Part shown: one piece after another, positions 7,553-17,969 of the stretch
Layout of the letters: every line of letters starts with the position of its first letter
How positions within the stretch are numbered: position 1 is the first letter of the stretch
Virus record (IMG/VR): IMGVR_UViG_3300011871_000042
Reading direction: 5' to 3' (one strand)
DNA length: 20,000 nt
Source of the DNA: an uncultured virus (IMG/VR IMGVR_UViG_3300011871_000042)
Lineage: Duplodnaviria > Heunggongvirae > Uroviricota > Caudoviricetes
Position numbers and translations under genes: made by a program
Notes under the pieces: generated by a model
What the model was told of the DNA's origin: nothing
The model's input: only the letters and a program-made list of their open reading frames with translations
Database searches by the model: none

Positions 7553-8221
7553 ATGACTTCACCCTATTTAAAACAATCCATTATATGGTTATCTATTAGC
7601 AAGGAAATAAATACCTTAGAAAATAATATCAATAAATCTCCTGATAATGAAAGGCGTCAGAAATTATGGTTATCTTTATCAGAAAGACTTATTTATTTAA
7701 CAAAAATGAATATAAGTGATGAAAATACAAAAAAAATAACATTGGGTATTATACGGTATTTGAGATGTTTGTTTTTTTGGAATTGTCATAGATGGGATGA
7801 ACTAGAGTATGAAGTAAATATTGGAATAAAAGAAGATGTTGATTCATCTATTTATTTAATGATTAAAGGTTTTATTTATTTAAGACCTTTAGCTAACCCC
7901 TCAGTAGTTTCAGAGGTGTGGAGTGAAGGTTTTCCTTTTGATAAGAAAAAAGAATTACTTGCTTATGCTCAAAAATGTTTTAAAAAAGCAATAAAAAAGT
8001 CAAAAAGTAATCAAGGATCTATTAATATAGCTATTAAATGGACCAATGCTTGGATGTTATTAATATCTGGAAATATTGAAAAATCTGAAAAGTGTGTTTT
8101 AGAAGTATGGAGCTTAGAAGAAAATTTTGGTGAAGGGTGGTCATTATGGATGAGATGGTTAGGTGGTATTATAAGTGAAAAAGAACATATAAAATTAATA
8201 AAATGTCTAAAAAATACCTAA
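7553..8221 (+). CDS. Hypothetical helical (possibly TPR-like) protein
   Basis: 222-aa ORF 9 nt after clpS with an AAGGA RBS; TPR-like segments (AYAQKCFKKAIK, AWMLLISGNIEKSEKC). Fold call is weak. Confidence 0.65.
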   Translation: MTSPYLKQSIIWLSISKEINTLENNINKSPDNERRQKLWLSLSERLIYLTKMNISDENTKKITLGIIRYLRCLFFWNCHRWDELEYEVNIGIKEDVDSSIYLMIKGFIYLRPLANPSVVSEVWSEGFPFDKKKELLAYAQKCFKKAIKKSKSNQGSINIAIKWTNAWMLLISGNIEKSEKCVLEVWSLEENFGEGWSLWMRWLGGIISEKEHIKLIKCLKNT

Positions 8222-8299
8222 AATATAAAAAAATAGCTTTATTAGATTTTAATATAATGATAAAATATATACATTATCTTAACTTAAAAGGAAAAACAT

Positions 8300-9511
8300 A
8301 TGCCATTAGCTTCTTACGCTATTACTGATGAAAACAGTAAAGGTCGCCAATACCCAATAAAAAAAGCTCAAGATAGAGATGAATTTGAGCGAGATTTTGA
8401 TCGTATACTTCATTCTGGAGCGCATAGAAAACTCAGAGCTAAAACACAAGTTTTCCCTCATGATGCTGCAGGAGATATTTATCGTAGTAGATATGATCAT
8501 TCTATGGAAGTTTGCCAGATTGCAAAATCAATAGCCAAGGATCTTGGTTTAAATCAGCATTTAGCAGCAACATTAGCTATTTGTCATGATATCGGACATG
8601 CACCTTTTGGACATTTAGGCCAAGATACACTCGATGAATTAATGAAAGATCATGGAGGATTTGAACATAATATTCAAGCATTACGTATAGTAGATAAATT
8701 AGAAAGCCCTTATTTCCCTGAACATGAAGGTCTGAATTTAATGTTTGAAACTCGTGCTGGATTATTAAAACATTGTTCAACACAAAATGCAGTTTTACTT
8801 GGAGAAATAGCTGAAAGACATTTAATTGGAGAGCAGGGTTCTCTCGAATCTCAAGTGGTTGATAAATCTGATGCAATAGCTTATGTTCACGCTGATTTAG
8901 AGGATGCTTTTGTTCTTGATCTTTTAAAACCAACAGATTTATTTGAAGCTCCGGGATATATGTTGGCTTGGGAAAGAGTGAAAAAAGAACACCCTAATTT
9001 TGAGTTGCCATCAAATGATAATTATTTAAATGGCTCAAGAGATGAAATTAGAGCAACAAAAGGTATTGTAAGAACAATAATACGCGATATGTTCTCTTAT
9101 TCTTTAAATAATATAAAGACTAATACAGCAATGAGAATTAGAGATTCAGGAATAATCACTCCAGATGATGCTAAATCTTATAAAGAAGAGTTAGTGCAGT
9201 TTACCGATAATCAATATAAGCTTCATAAAGAATTGAAGAAATTCTCTAGAATCCATATTTATGAACATCCAACGATTGACTCTAATCGTCAGGTTCAGAA
9301 GCAAATGGTAATTGACCTATTTAATGCTTATAGTAAAGATCCGAAAGAAATGTCAGGAATAGGAGTAGATCCTAAAGAAGACTTTTATCGTTCTTTAGCA
9401 GATCATATTTCAGGCATGACTGATAGATTTGCTGTAATGGAACATAAAAGAATTTTGGAAGAACGTCCAGAATTAATAGCAAGAAATCAAAGAAGAATGA
9501 AACATTTTTAA
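8300..9511 (+). CDS. dgt: dGTP triphosphohydrolase (HD-domain dNTPase)
   Basis: RDEFERDFDRILHS..RKLRAKTQVF, RSRYDHSMEV, CHDIGHAPFGH, GGFEHNIQALRIVDKLE, DAIAY..ADLED, ADHISGMTDRFA. Confidence 0.93.
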   Translation: MPLASYAITDENSKGRQYPIKKAQDRDEFERDFDRILHSGAHRKLRAKTQVFPHDAAGDIYRSRYDHSMEVCQIAKSIAKDLGLNQHLAATLAICHDIGHAPFGHLGQDTLDELMKDHGGFEHNIQALRIVDKLESPYFPEHEGLNLMFETRAGLLKHCSTQNAVLLGEIAERHLIGEQGSLESQVVDKSDAIAYVHADLEDAFVLDLLKPTDLFEAPGYMLAWERVKKEHPNFELPSNDNYLNGSRDEIRATKGIVRTIIRDMFSYSLNNIKTNTAMRIRDSGIITPDDAKSYKEELVQFTDNQYKLHKELKKFSRIHIYEHPTIDSNRQVQKQMVIDLFNAYSKDPKEMSGIGVDPKEDFYRSLADHISGMTDRFAVMEHKRILEERPELIARNQRRMKHF

Positions 9512-9528
9512 TACCATTATTAAAGTAT

Positions 9529-9556
9529 AAAAGGATTACAGGTGTAATCCTTTTTT
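9529..9556 (+). terminator. Intrinsic terminator after dgt
   Basis: AAAAGGATTAC-AGGT-GTAATCCTTTT followed by further Ts. Confidence 0.88.
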
Positions 9557-9632
9557 ATTTGTAAAAAATATAGCTTGTAAAATCACTATAAATAGTTTAA
9601 AACAAAACTATATAAGAAAATAGGTAAATAAG

Positions 9633-11105
9633 ATGTTAAATGATGATCAGTATAAAGATATTATAATAAAGAAAATAGCTCCGACTCACATATTAATCAA
9701 CGATATTTTATCCTTGAGAAAACAACAGCTATATCCTGTATTAGATGAAGATATTTTAAATGATCTTGATGTTTTATGGGATGACTTAACCTATTGCACT
9801 TCCTCTGATGATTTAATTGAATGGATGTTATCATTTAGAGAGTATTTATGGGGCAATAAAAATGAATGGGATGAAGCCAAACAATGGTTTAGTATTGACG
9901 ATGAAGAATATTATATAAATAGGATAGATACCCTTGTTGGAGAAACTTTTTTTAAAATGATAATTGATGATAACTTTATTGAAAAATTTAATATGTCTGA
10001 ACAACTTGTTATAGATAGTATAAATAAAGAAGAGTCAAAAATTTCAAAAAGAAGTCGATATCATTTTAACACGAAAATTGAGTTAAATAATACTGTTATT
10101 GAGAAATATGCAAAACAAATTTCCGAAAAATATCATTTAAAATCTATTAACTGTAACTATTATTTATCCTTAAATGAAATATGGTCATATTTAAAATCAA
10201 TAGATAGAGCATTTAAAGAATTAGTAGTACTTCTAAAAACTGAAAACAGAAAAATAGGTTTTAATCAGTTATCGTTATTTTTTGAAGATGGGCAAGATAC
10301 AGATCGTTATTTTTATTCAACAAAGAATAAAACAATTTATTTAGGATTAGATTTTTATGGGTTTATAGCAGAAGCATGGATGAATTTCATTGATAATATT
10401 ATTGGCGAAAAATATAATATTACAAATGAGAATTTAAATTACTTAAGCCATCTTTCATTTTCAGCGTTAGGTGATACTCATGATAATATATTAGAGTTAA
10501 AAAAAGAAATAAGAAATAAATTTAGTTTGAACAATAGTGTTTCATCATCATTATTTGTTATGAAAAACACCCTAGAAACTTTACCCCTGCTTTTGTCACA
10601 TATCCAAATAAACCAAGATTCTATAAAAGAATTTGTAGATAATAGAATATTTGAAGCAAAAACAATAATAGCAAATATTATTGATAATGATTTGAGCGAA
10701 AAAAATTATGAAGAATGGAAAACATGGAGGGAGCACTCTGAGTTACTATGGAATGAAGTAAAAGATAATAAACAAAAACAAAAAATTCATAGAACTTGGG
10801 TTTATACAATAGCTCTAGTTGAAAAACTTTCTTTTAGTAAAGAACTTCCAAAACATAAAATGTGGTATATCTTTTCCGTTTTTAAGGATAAAGTTAAAAA
10901 CAATCAGAATAAATATTGGTCTTCTTATGAAATGTTACTTTCAAGAAGTTTTTCAGCTTATTTAAATAGTAGAATGTTAAATAATAATTGCTTATCAAAT
11001 GATAAAACTGATCCTATGCTTTATCCTCTAAAAAATGAGTTAAATTCAGAAATAGAATTTTGGGATAAATGGATAAATATTATGTTAGATATTATAGAGA
11101 ATTAA
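9633..11105 (+). CDS. LPD1 (large polyvalent protein-associated domain 1)-like protein with a degenerate metallopeptidase-like motif
   Basis: C-terminal YWSSYEMLLSRSFSAYL...NNCLS...LYP...E...FWD resembles the LPD1 pattern YxSxxxEmxARAFEaY...YP..E. The middle segment FY....KTIYL....GFIAEAWMNFIDN resembles HY......INL...GSLAHEWxHALD without the histidines. Recognised by eye only. Confidence 0.6.
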   Translation: MLNDDQYKDIIIKKIAPTHILINDILSLRKQQLYPVLDEDILNDLDVLWDDLTYCTSSDDLIEWMLSFREYLWGNKNEWDEAKQWFSIDDEEYYINRIDTLVGETFFKMIIDDNFIEKFNMSEQLVIDSINKEESKISKRSRYHFNTKIELNNTVIEKYAKQISEKYHLKSINCNYYLSLNEIWSYLKSIDRAFKELVVLLKTENRKIGFNQLSLFFEDGQDTDRYFYSTKNKTIYLGLDFYGFIAEAWMNFIDNIIGEKYNITNENLNYLSHLSFSALGDTHDNILELKKEIRNKFSLNNSVSSSLFVMKNTLETLPLLLSHIQINQDSIKEFVDNRIFEAKTIIANIIDNDLSEKNYEEWKTWREHSELLWNEVKDNKQKQKIHRTWVYTIALVEKLSFSKELPKHKMWYIFSVFKDKVKNNQNKYWSSYEMLLSRSFSAYLNSRMLNNNCLSNDKTDPMLYPLKNELNSEIEFWDKWINIMLDIIEN

Positions 11106-11323
11106 TTGGCACTACATAAATAGCCATTATCACTATTTGCACAAATAACATTTTCGCCGCTACCATTTTTACAATGTGTCTCACCATTAGTATCAATAAT
11201 ACAACTAATTTGATTCCCATTATCATCATTAAATGTAGTCTTTACATCTTTTGTTTCTGCATTGATAGAGAAAGAGAATAATAGTAAGGCTATCATGGAT
11301 AGTTTAGTTTTTTTATTGTTCAT
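11102..11323 (-). CDS. Small secreted cysteine-containing protein
   Basis: Sec signal peptide MNNKKTKLSMIALLLFSFSINA; mature region has four Cys in quasi-repeated NG-x(2-4)-C units; GAGGAG RBS. Stop overlaps the convergent stop (TTAA). Confidence 0.75.
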   Translation of the reverse strand: MNNKKTKLSMIALLLFSFSINAETKDVKTTFNDDNGNQISCIIDTNGETHCKNGSGENVICANSDNGYLCSAN

Positions 11324-11380
11324 TTTTTACTCCTCTGTTTTTTATATTTCTACTCATATTTAAAAAATAAAGCAAATTTA

Positions 11381-11423
11381 TTGATTTATTTTTTAGTTAG
11401 TGTTAAAATACAACTAACTAAAA
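11381..11423 (+). promoter_or_regulatory. nadD-like promoter with overlapping NrtR-type operator
   Basis: TTGATT (11381-11386), 17 nt, TAAAAT (11404-11409) with TGn. Palindrome TTTTAGTTAGT-N11-ACTAACTAAAA (11391-11423); its core TTAGTGTTAAAATACAACTA (11397-11416) matches the nrtR site at 17 of 20 positions. Confidence 0.8.
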
Positions 11424-11432
11424 GGGGGGCTT

Positions 11433-12059
11433 ATGAATTTTATTGAAGATATTAAAATATTAGAAAAAGAAAAAAATATAAATATAGTTTATGGTCTTGC
11501 CGGAGATCCACCACATTTTGGTCACCTTCAAGCTATTAAATATTTATTAAGTATAACAACAGCTAAAGTATGGATTATCTTATCTTCTTCTCATGCATTT
11601 GGAAAAAAGATGGCTCCTTATAAAAAGAGGAAAGAATGGTTAACCTCCTTAGTATTAGGTGAGAATAGCATATTAACAGAAGATGAGAAAAAAAGAGTTG
11701 TTTTAGATGATATAGAGGAAGCTATTATATTAAAAAATAATGTAAACGTTGTTTACTCTATTGATCTGATGAACTATTTTAAATCTTACTATAGTGGTAA
11801 TAATTTTTATTGGGCTTTCGGCAAAGATAATGCTAATGAAAGTAGCATGAAAAAGTTTAAAGATTATGAAAAATTATGCGAATGGCCTGTTATAGTACTG
11901 CCTGAATTCATGGAAGTTAGATCAACATTAGTAAGAAATGCTTTGAAAGAAAAGAATATTTCTTTTTTAAATGAAAAAATAGGTTATGAATTAACCAATC
12001 TTGTTAACGATTGGATTTCTGAAAAAGAAGGGGCGGAATGGTTATTAAATCGCATATAA
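11433..12059 (+). CDS. nadD: Nicotinate/nicotinamide mononucleotide adenylyltransferase (NadD-like)
   Basis: HxGH nucleotidyltransferase motif in GLAGDPPHFGH, plus SHAFGKKM, FGKDN and C-terminal VRSTLVRNAL; NrtR-type operator upstream. Confidence 0.82.
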   Translation: MNFIEDIKILEKEKNINIVYGLAGDPPHFGHLQAIKYLLSITTAKVWIILSSSHAFGKKMAPYKKRKEWLTSLVLGENSILTEDEKKRVVLDDIEEAIILKNNVNVVYSIDLMNYFKSYYSGNNFYWAFGKDNANESSMKKFKDYEKLCEWPVIVLPEFMEVRSTLVRNALKEKNISFLNEKIGYELTNLVNDWISEKEGAEWLLNRI

Positions 12060-12076
12060 ATAGTGATATTATTTAA

Positions 12077-14240
<2,164 letters not shown>

Positions 14241-14242
14241 TT

Positions 14243-14270
14243 AATAAAAGGGGCCTATGCCCCTTTTATT
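14243..14270. terminator. Bidirectional intrinsic terminator
   Basis: AATAAAAGGGGC-CTAT-GCCCCTTTTATT between ligA and the convergent gene, overlapping that gene's last codons. Confidence 0.88.
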
Positions 14271-14707
14271 TTTACTTTAGATGATGTTTTATATTCTTCG
14301 AGATATTGTTCTGAAAAGGCTTGTTCCAATCTTTTTAATAGTGTAGGAAACATAACAGAACCATCATTTTTCCTAATTGTAGAATCTTTTATTAAATAGT
14401 TTTCATTTGTTAAACTAGATATTACGTTCCCTTTAATTTCAAAGGTTTCTACATTATTTTGAGAGCATATTTGTTTTGTCGTAAACAAAATACTTTGAAG
14501 GTACATTAATGTTTTTATCTTTTGTTCTTCATTAGAAGAAAGGTTAACTTTAAAAACCTTTTTAGGATTACCTTCTTTAGAAGGTTCTTTTCCATCAAGC
14601 TTAAACATCATAGAATATAAAGTATTTAGGCAATCTTCTTTTGCTTTAGTGCTTGCTGATTTAGCTTCTATTTCTATAGTAAAAATAGTTTGTAATTGTT
14701 GTTTCAT
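14255..14707 (-). CDS. Hypothetical protein
   Basis: 150-aa ORF with an AGGT RBS; ends KVKIKGA-TAG. Confidence 0.7.
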   Translation of the reverse strand: MKQQLQTIFTIEIEAKSASTKAKEDCLNTLYSMMFKLDGKEPSKEGNPKKVFKVNLSSNEEQKIKTLMYLQSILFTTKQICSQNNVETFEIKGNVISSLTNENYLIKDSTIRKNDGSVMFPTLLKRLEQAFSEQYLEEYKTSSKVKIKGA

Positions 14708-14830
14708 ATATAATACCTAAATTTAAATAACTACTTCTATTTTATATCAAATATAAAAATATTCAATAGAATAAAAATATTTGATTTTATACTTTCTTAA
14801 TTCTAATTTAAATATAGAGAGGAAAATTCT

Positions 14831-15757
14831 ATGATATTTAAAAGTAAAAAAGAAAAAAAGCAGCAAAAAAAACAAGAGCAAGAACAAAAATTACAAGGAA
14901 TAGAAAAAGTAAACAAATTATCGTATGAAGTATCTAAGTCATTTTTACCACCTGAAAGGGAGTTTGATACAGCTCAAAAAAATATTTGGTTTGTCTTAAT
15001 CAATCCAGAAAGAGCGATAGAAGTTAGAGCTTGGCTCACTAAAAATAAAATGAAGGCACTTTTAATGCGAGGAGAACATGGAGAAACCATGTTGCATTGG
15101 GCTGTACTATCAGAATATGGTCTAATTGTTGATCTAATAGATGCCGGGCTAGGAGTAAATATTAAAGATAAATATGGTAAAACACCAATGGATTGGCTAT
15201 TAGAAAGATATTGGTACTCATGTGTAGTAAATGATACTTCATTAAATAAAGAAGGGAATTTAAAAATAAAAGGACAAACAGAAGATCTTGGAACTGTTTT
15301 ATGGTCTTTAGGTGGAAGGCCAAGTGAAAATAATGAAAATGCCTTAGATGCAAAATTAATTGCTGCACGAGGCGCTTTATGGTGGTATATCCAAGCTTTG
15401 AAAGAAACAGAAGGTGTAGAGTCATTAAAAAATTGGTCTAATGGTCGTTGTGTTTTACATGCTTGGATTTTATCAGAAAATAATGACCAAAAAGTAAGTA
15501 GAATAAAAAGAATGTTAGAATGGGGAATCTCTATAGATGAGCCTGATGAGAATGGAAGGACTTGTTTGTGGTATGCTCTTGATACATGGGAAAGAGATTT
15601 AGAAGTAGATCTTATGCTTAATATAATTCCAGAATTATTAGAGTTAGGAGCAGATCCTGATATAGAAGATAATTTTAATATTTCTCCAAGAAATTTACTA
15701 AGTGAGGAAAAGGCAGAAAAATTCGAAGAAATTATAAAAGAAAAAAGTATTCATTAA
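14831..15757 (+). CDS. Ankyrin-repeat protein
   Basis: GETMLHWAV...LIDAGLGVNIKDKYGKTPMDW, NGRCVLHAW, DENGRTCLWYAL, LLELGADPDIED; GAGG RBS; ends KSIH. Confidence 0.88.
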   Translation: MIFKSKKEKKQQKKQEQEQKLQGIEKVNKLSYEVSKSFLPPEREFDTAQKNIWFVLINPERAIEVRAWLTKNKMKALLMRGEHGETMLHWAVLSEYGLIVDLIDAGLGVNIKDKYGKTPMDWLLERYWYSCVVNDTSLNKEGNLKIKGQTEDLGTVLWSLGGRPSENNENALDAKLIAARGALWWYIQALKETEGVESLKNWSNGRCVLHAWILSENNDQKVSRIKRMLEWGISIDEPDENGRTCLWYALDTWERDLEVDLMLNIIPELLELGADPDIEDNFNISPRNLLSEEKAEKFEEIIKEKSIH

Positions 15758-15807
15758 TGTTCAAACATGTTATGATAATATTATCAATGTAAAAATGGAG
15801 AAATACC

Positions 15808-17934
15808 TTGGAAACAAATAGAACTGAATATGTCTTTCCTAAAGAGCAGCTTTTAATTAAAGATAAAATGCGTAAGAACCAATCTTATAAATTTGAAGAT
15901 TTTGTTTCTTTAATTAATGAAGAATACCCTAAAGCTCGTGGATCAGATATCGTAAAGTGGGTTAAAAACCTTGAGTTAGATGGAAATATTTTGCGTTTAG
16001 TAAATGAGGATGGAATATCATTTAGAACAACTCAATATTTGGAGGAAGTAGTAGGTAAAGTAGAATGGCAAGCTAGAGGTCATGCTATACTTTATTTACA
16101 GGATGAATCTGGTGAGAAAACAGGCGAAACGCTTTATTTAAATAGAAAAGAAGCCGCTCTTGTTGTTAATGGAGAAGTAGTAAAAGCCAAAAGGATTCCT
16201 AAAGAGTGGAGAGGCGTTACAACAGGTGGCGATGATGAAGGTTTAATAGTAGACGTTATATCAACCAAGCCTTATTTAACAGTAGCTCAAAATGTAGGTG
16301 GTGGAAGAAAGGATTGGTTAAGTGCTGTTAAGTTAATGGAACCAATGATGAAAGATGTTGTTCGCTTATCAGAAAAGCATCAAGAAACACTATCTAAAGA
16401 AGAAGTAGAAAAAGTTCAAGAGGAAGGTTCTTTTATTTCAGGTTACTTAAGAAGAACAGGTAAGTTTGAGCGCTGGTGTGGATTAAGAGCGTTTTTTGAT
16501 GTAGAAAGTTATGTTGGAAAAATTGATGAGCCGGGAATTGAAACTAAACTAGGTTTAGCTTGGATGAATGCTAAGGAAGGATTTACTGCTAATAGTATGA
16601 TGGAAGCAGAGATGTCTTCAAGTATCTCAATCAATGAAATATTAAAAGATAAAGGAAGAAAAGATTTAAGAAATATACCATTTGTTACAATTGATGGCGA
16701 ATCTACAAAAGATTTTGATGATGCTATAGCAACCATTGATAATAAAGATGGAACATTTACTATGTATGTAGCTATTGCGGATGTCAGTAGATATGTCTTA
16801 CCTGATGGAGCTTTAGATAAGGAAGCTAAAGAAAAATCCACAACTTTATATATGCCTCATAAAGCTGTTCCAATGCTTCCAGAAATATTATCAAATGGTG
16901 TATGTTCATTAAATCCGGGACAAGAAAACGCTGTAATGGTATGTGAAGCCCTCATTAATAAAGATGGTCTTGTGGGAATGTCTCAATTTTATCCTGCGGT
17001 AATAAGTTCTCATGCTCGTTTAACTTATAATGAAGTTGATGCTTATATTCATAGAGAATCTTTAGATTTGCCTAATTTAGCACCATTGGTTGAACCATCA
17101 TCAGGTTTGGAAAAACTCAAGCTTTGGGATAAAGAAACTGAATCTACGGTGATTAATAGCTTAAATGTTGCTAATATTTTAAGAGGTTATTCTCTTTCTA
17201 AGCCATTCGATAGAGAGCCAGAAGTTGAACCTGTTTTAAATAAAAAAGGTAAAGTTGATCACTTGAGAATCGTTTTAGATGCTACGCCTTCTAATAAATT
17301 AGTTGAAGAATTTATGTTATTTGCTAATAAAGAAGCTGCAAGAATGTTATCTTTATCTGGAAATCGTTCTGTTTTATATAGGAATCAAAAAGCACCAGAA
17401 GATGAATTATCACGTCCTCGTTCTGCTAAATATGAAAATGTAAATACAGGACACTATAGTTTAGGTCATGATAGCTATATGCACTTTACGTCTCCAATCA
17501 GACGTTATCCAGATTTAATGGCTCATAGAGCAATTAAAAATGCATTAGGTTATACAAATTATAATTTACCAAAAGATGAAGAAGTCGATATTATTGGTAA
17601 GTATTGTAATGAAAAACAAAGATTAGCAAAAGGTGCTAGTGATAAGGCTAATCAATGGTTGATCCTTCAGTATGCTGAACAATTCAAGCGTGAGATAGAA
17701 GATGTAAAAATTATTAGAGAGTCCAATAATGGTTGGTTTGTTCAGGGTGAAAAAACGAATATACAAGCCTTTGTATTAAAACCTAAGCATGAATCAGAAG
17801 TCGCTAAAGTGCTTGAAGCTGGTATAAAAGTTGAAGTTGAAAGAGTTGATTTACATGCTGAAAAAATCTTTTTAAGACTAAAAGATCCAGAGCCAGTATA
17901 TGAAGAAAAAGAATCAATAAAAGTTAAAATGTAA
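15808..17934 (+). CDS. rnr: RNase R / RNase II (RNB-domain) 3'-5' exoribonuclease
   Basis: DLRNIPFVTIDGESTKDFDDA (catalytic Asp cluster), VAIADVS, LSNGVCSLNP, LVEEFMLFAN, GHYSLG...YMHFTSPIRRYPDL. TTG start with a GGAG RBS. The N-terminal region is divergent. Confidence 0.88.
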   Translation: METNRTEYVFPKEQLLIKDKMRKNQSYKFEDFVSLINEEYPKARGSDIVKWVKNLELDGNILRLVNEDGISFRTTQYLEEVVGKVEWQARGHAILYLQDESGEKTGETLYLNRKEAALVVNGEVVKAKRIPKEWRGVTTGGDDEGLIVDVISTKPYLTVAQNVGGGRKDWLSAVKLMEPMMKDVVRLSEKHQETLSKEEVEKVQEEGSFISGYLRRTGKFERWCGLRAFFDVESYVGKIDEPGIETKLGLAWMNAKEGFTANSMMEAEMSSSISINEILKDKGRKDLRNIPFVTIDGESTKDFDDAIATIDNKDGTFTMYVAIADVSRYVLPDGALDKEAKEKSTTLYMPHKAVPMLPEILSNGVCSLNPGQENAVMVCEALINKDGLVGMSQFYPAVISSHARLTYNEVDAYIHRESLDLPNLAPLVEPSSGLEKLKLWDKETESTVINSLNVANILRGYSLSKPFDREPEVEPVLNKKGKVDHLRIVLDATPSNKLVEEFMLFANKEAARMLSLSGNRSVLYRNQKAPEDELSRPRSAKYENVNTGHYSLGHDSYMHFTSPIRRYPDLMAHRAIKNALGYTNYNLPKDEEVDIIGKYCNEKQRLAKGASDKANQWLILQYAEQFKREIEDVKIIRESNNGWFVQGEKTNIQAFVLKPKHESEVAKVLEAGIKVEVERVDLHAEKIFLRLKDPEPVYEEKESIKVKM

Positions 17935-17939
17935 AATAA

Positions 17940-17965
17940 AAAGAAGCAGGTCATCCTGCTTCTTT
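17940..17965. terminator. Bidirectional intrinsic terminator
   Basis: AAAGAAGCAGG-TCAT-CCTGCTTCTTT between convergent genes. Confidence 0.88.
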
Positions 17966-17969
17966 ATTT

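Noticed and set aside
8306..8933. Antisense ORFs 8306..8500 and 8577..8933
   Set aside because: They overlap the well-supported dGTPase on the opposite strand.
9592..9611. Palindrome ATAGTT-N8-AACTAT as a third NrtR site
   Set aside because: The spacing is one base shorter than in the two good sites, it lacks the GTGT core, and such matches are common in AT-rich DNA.
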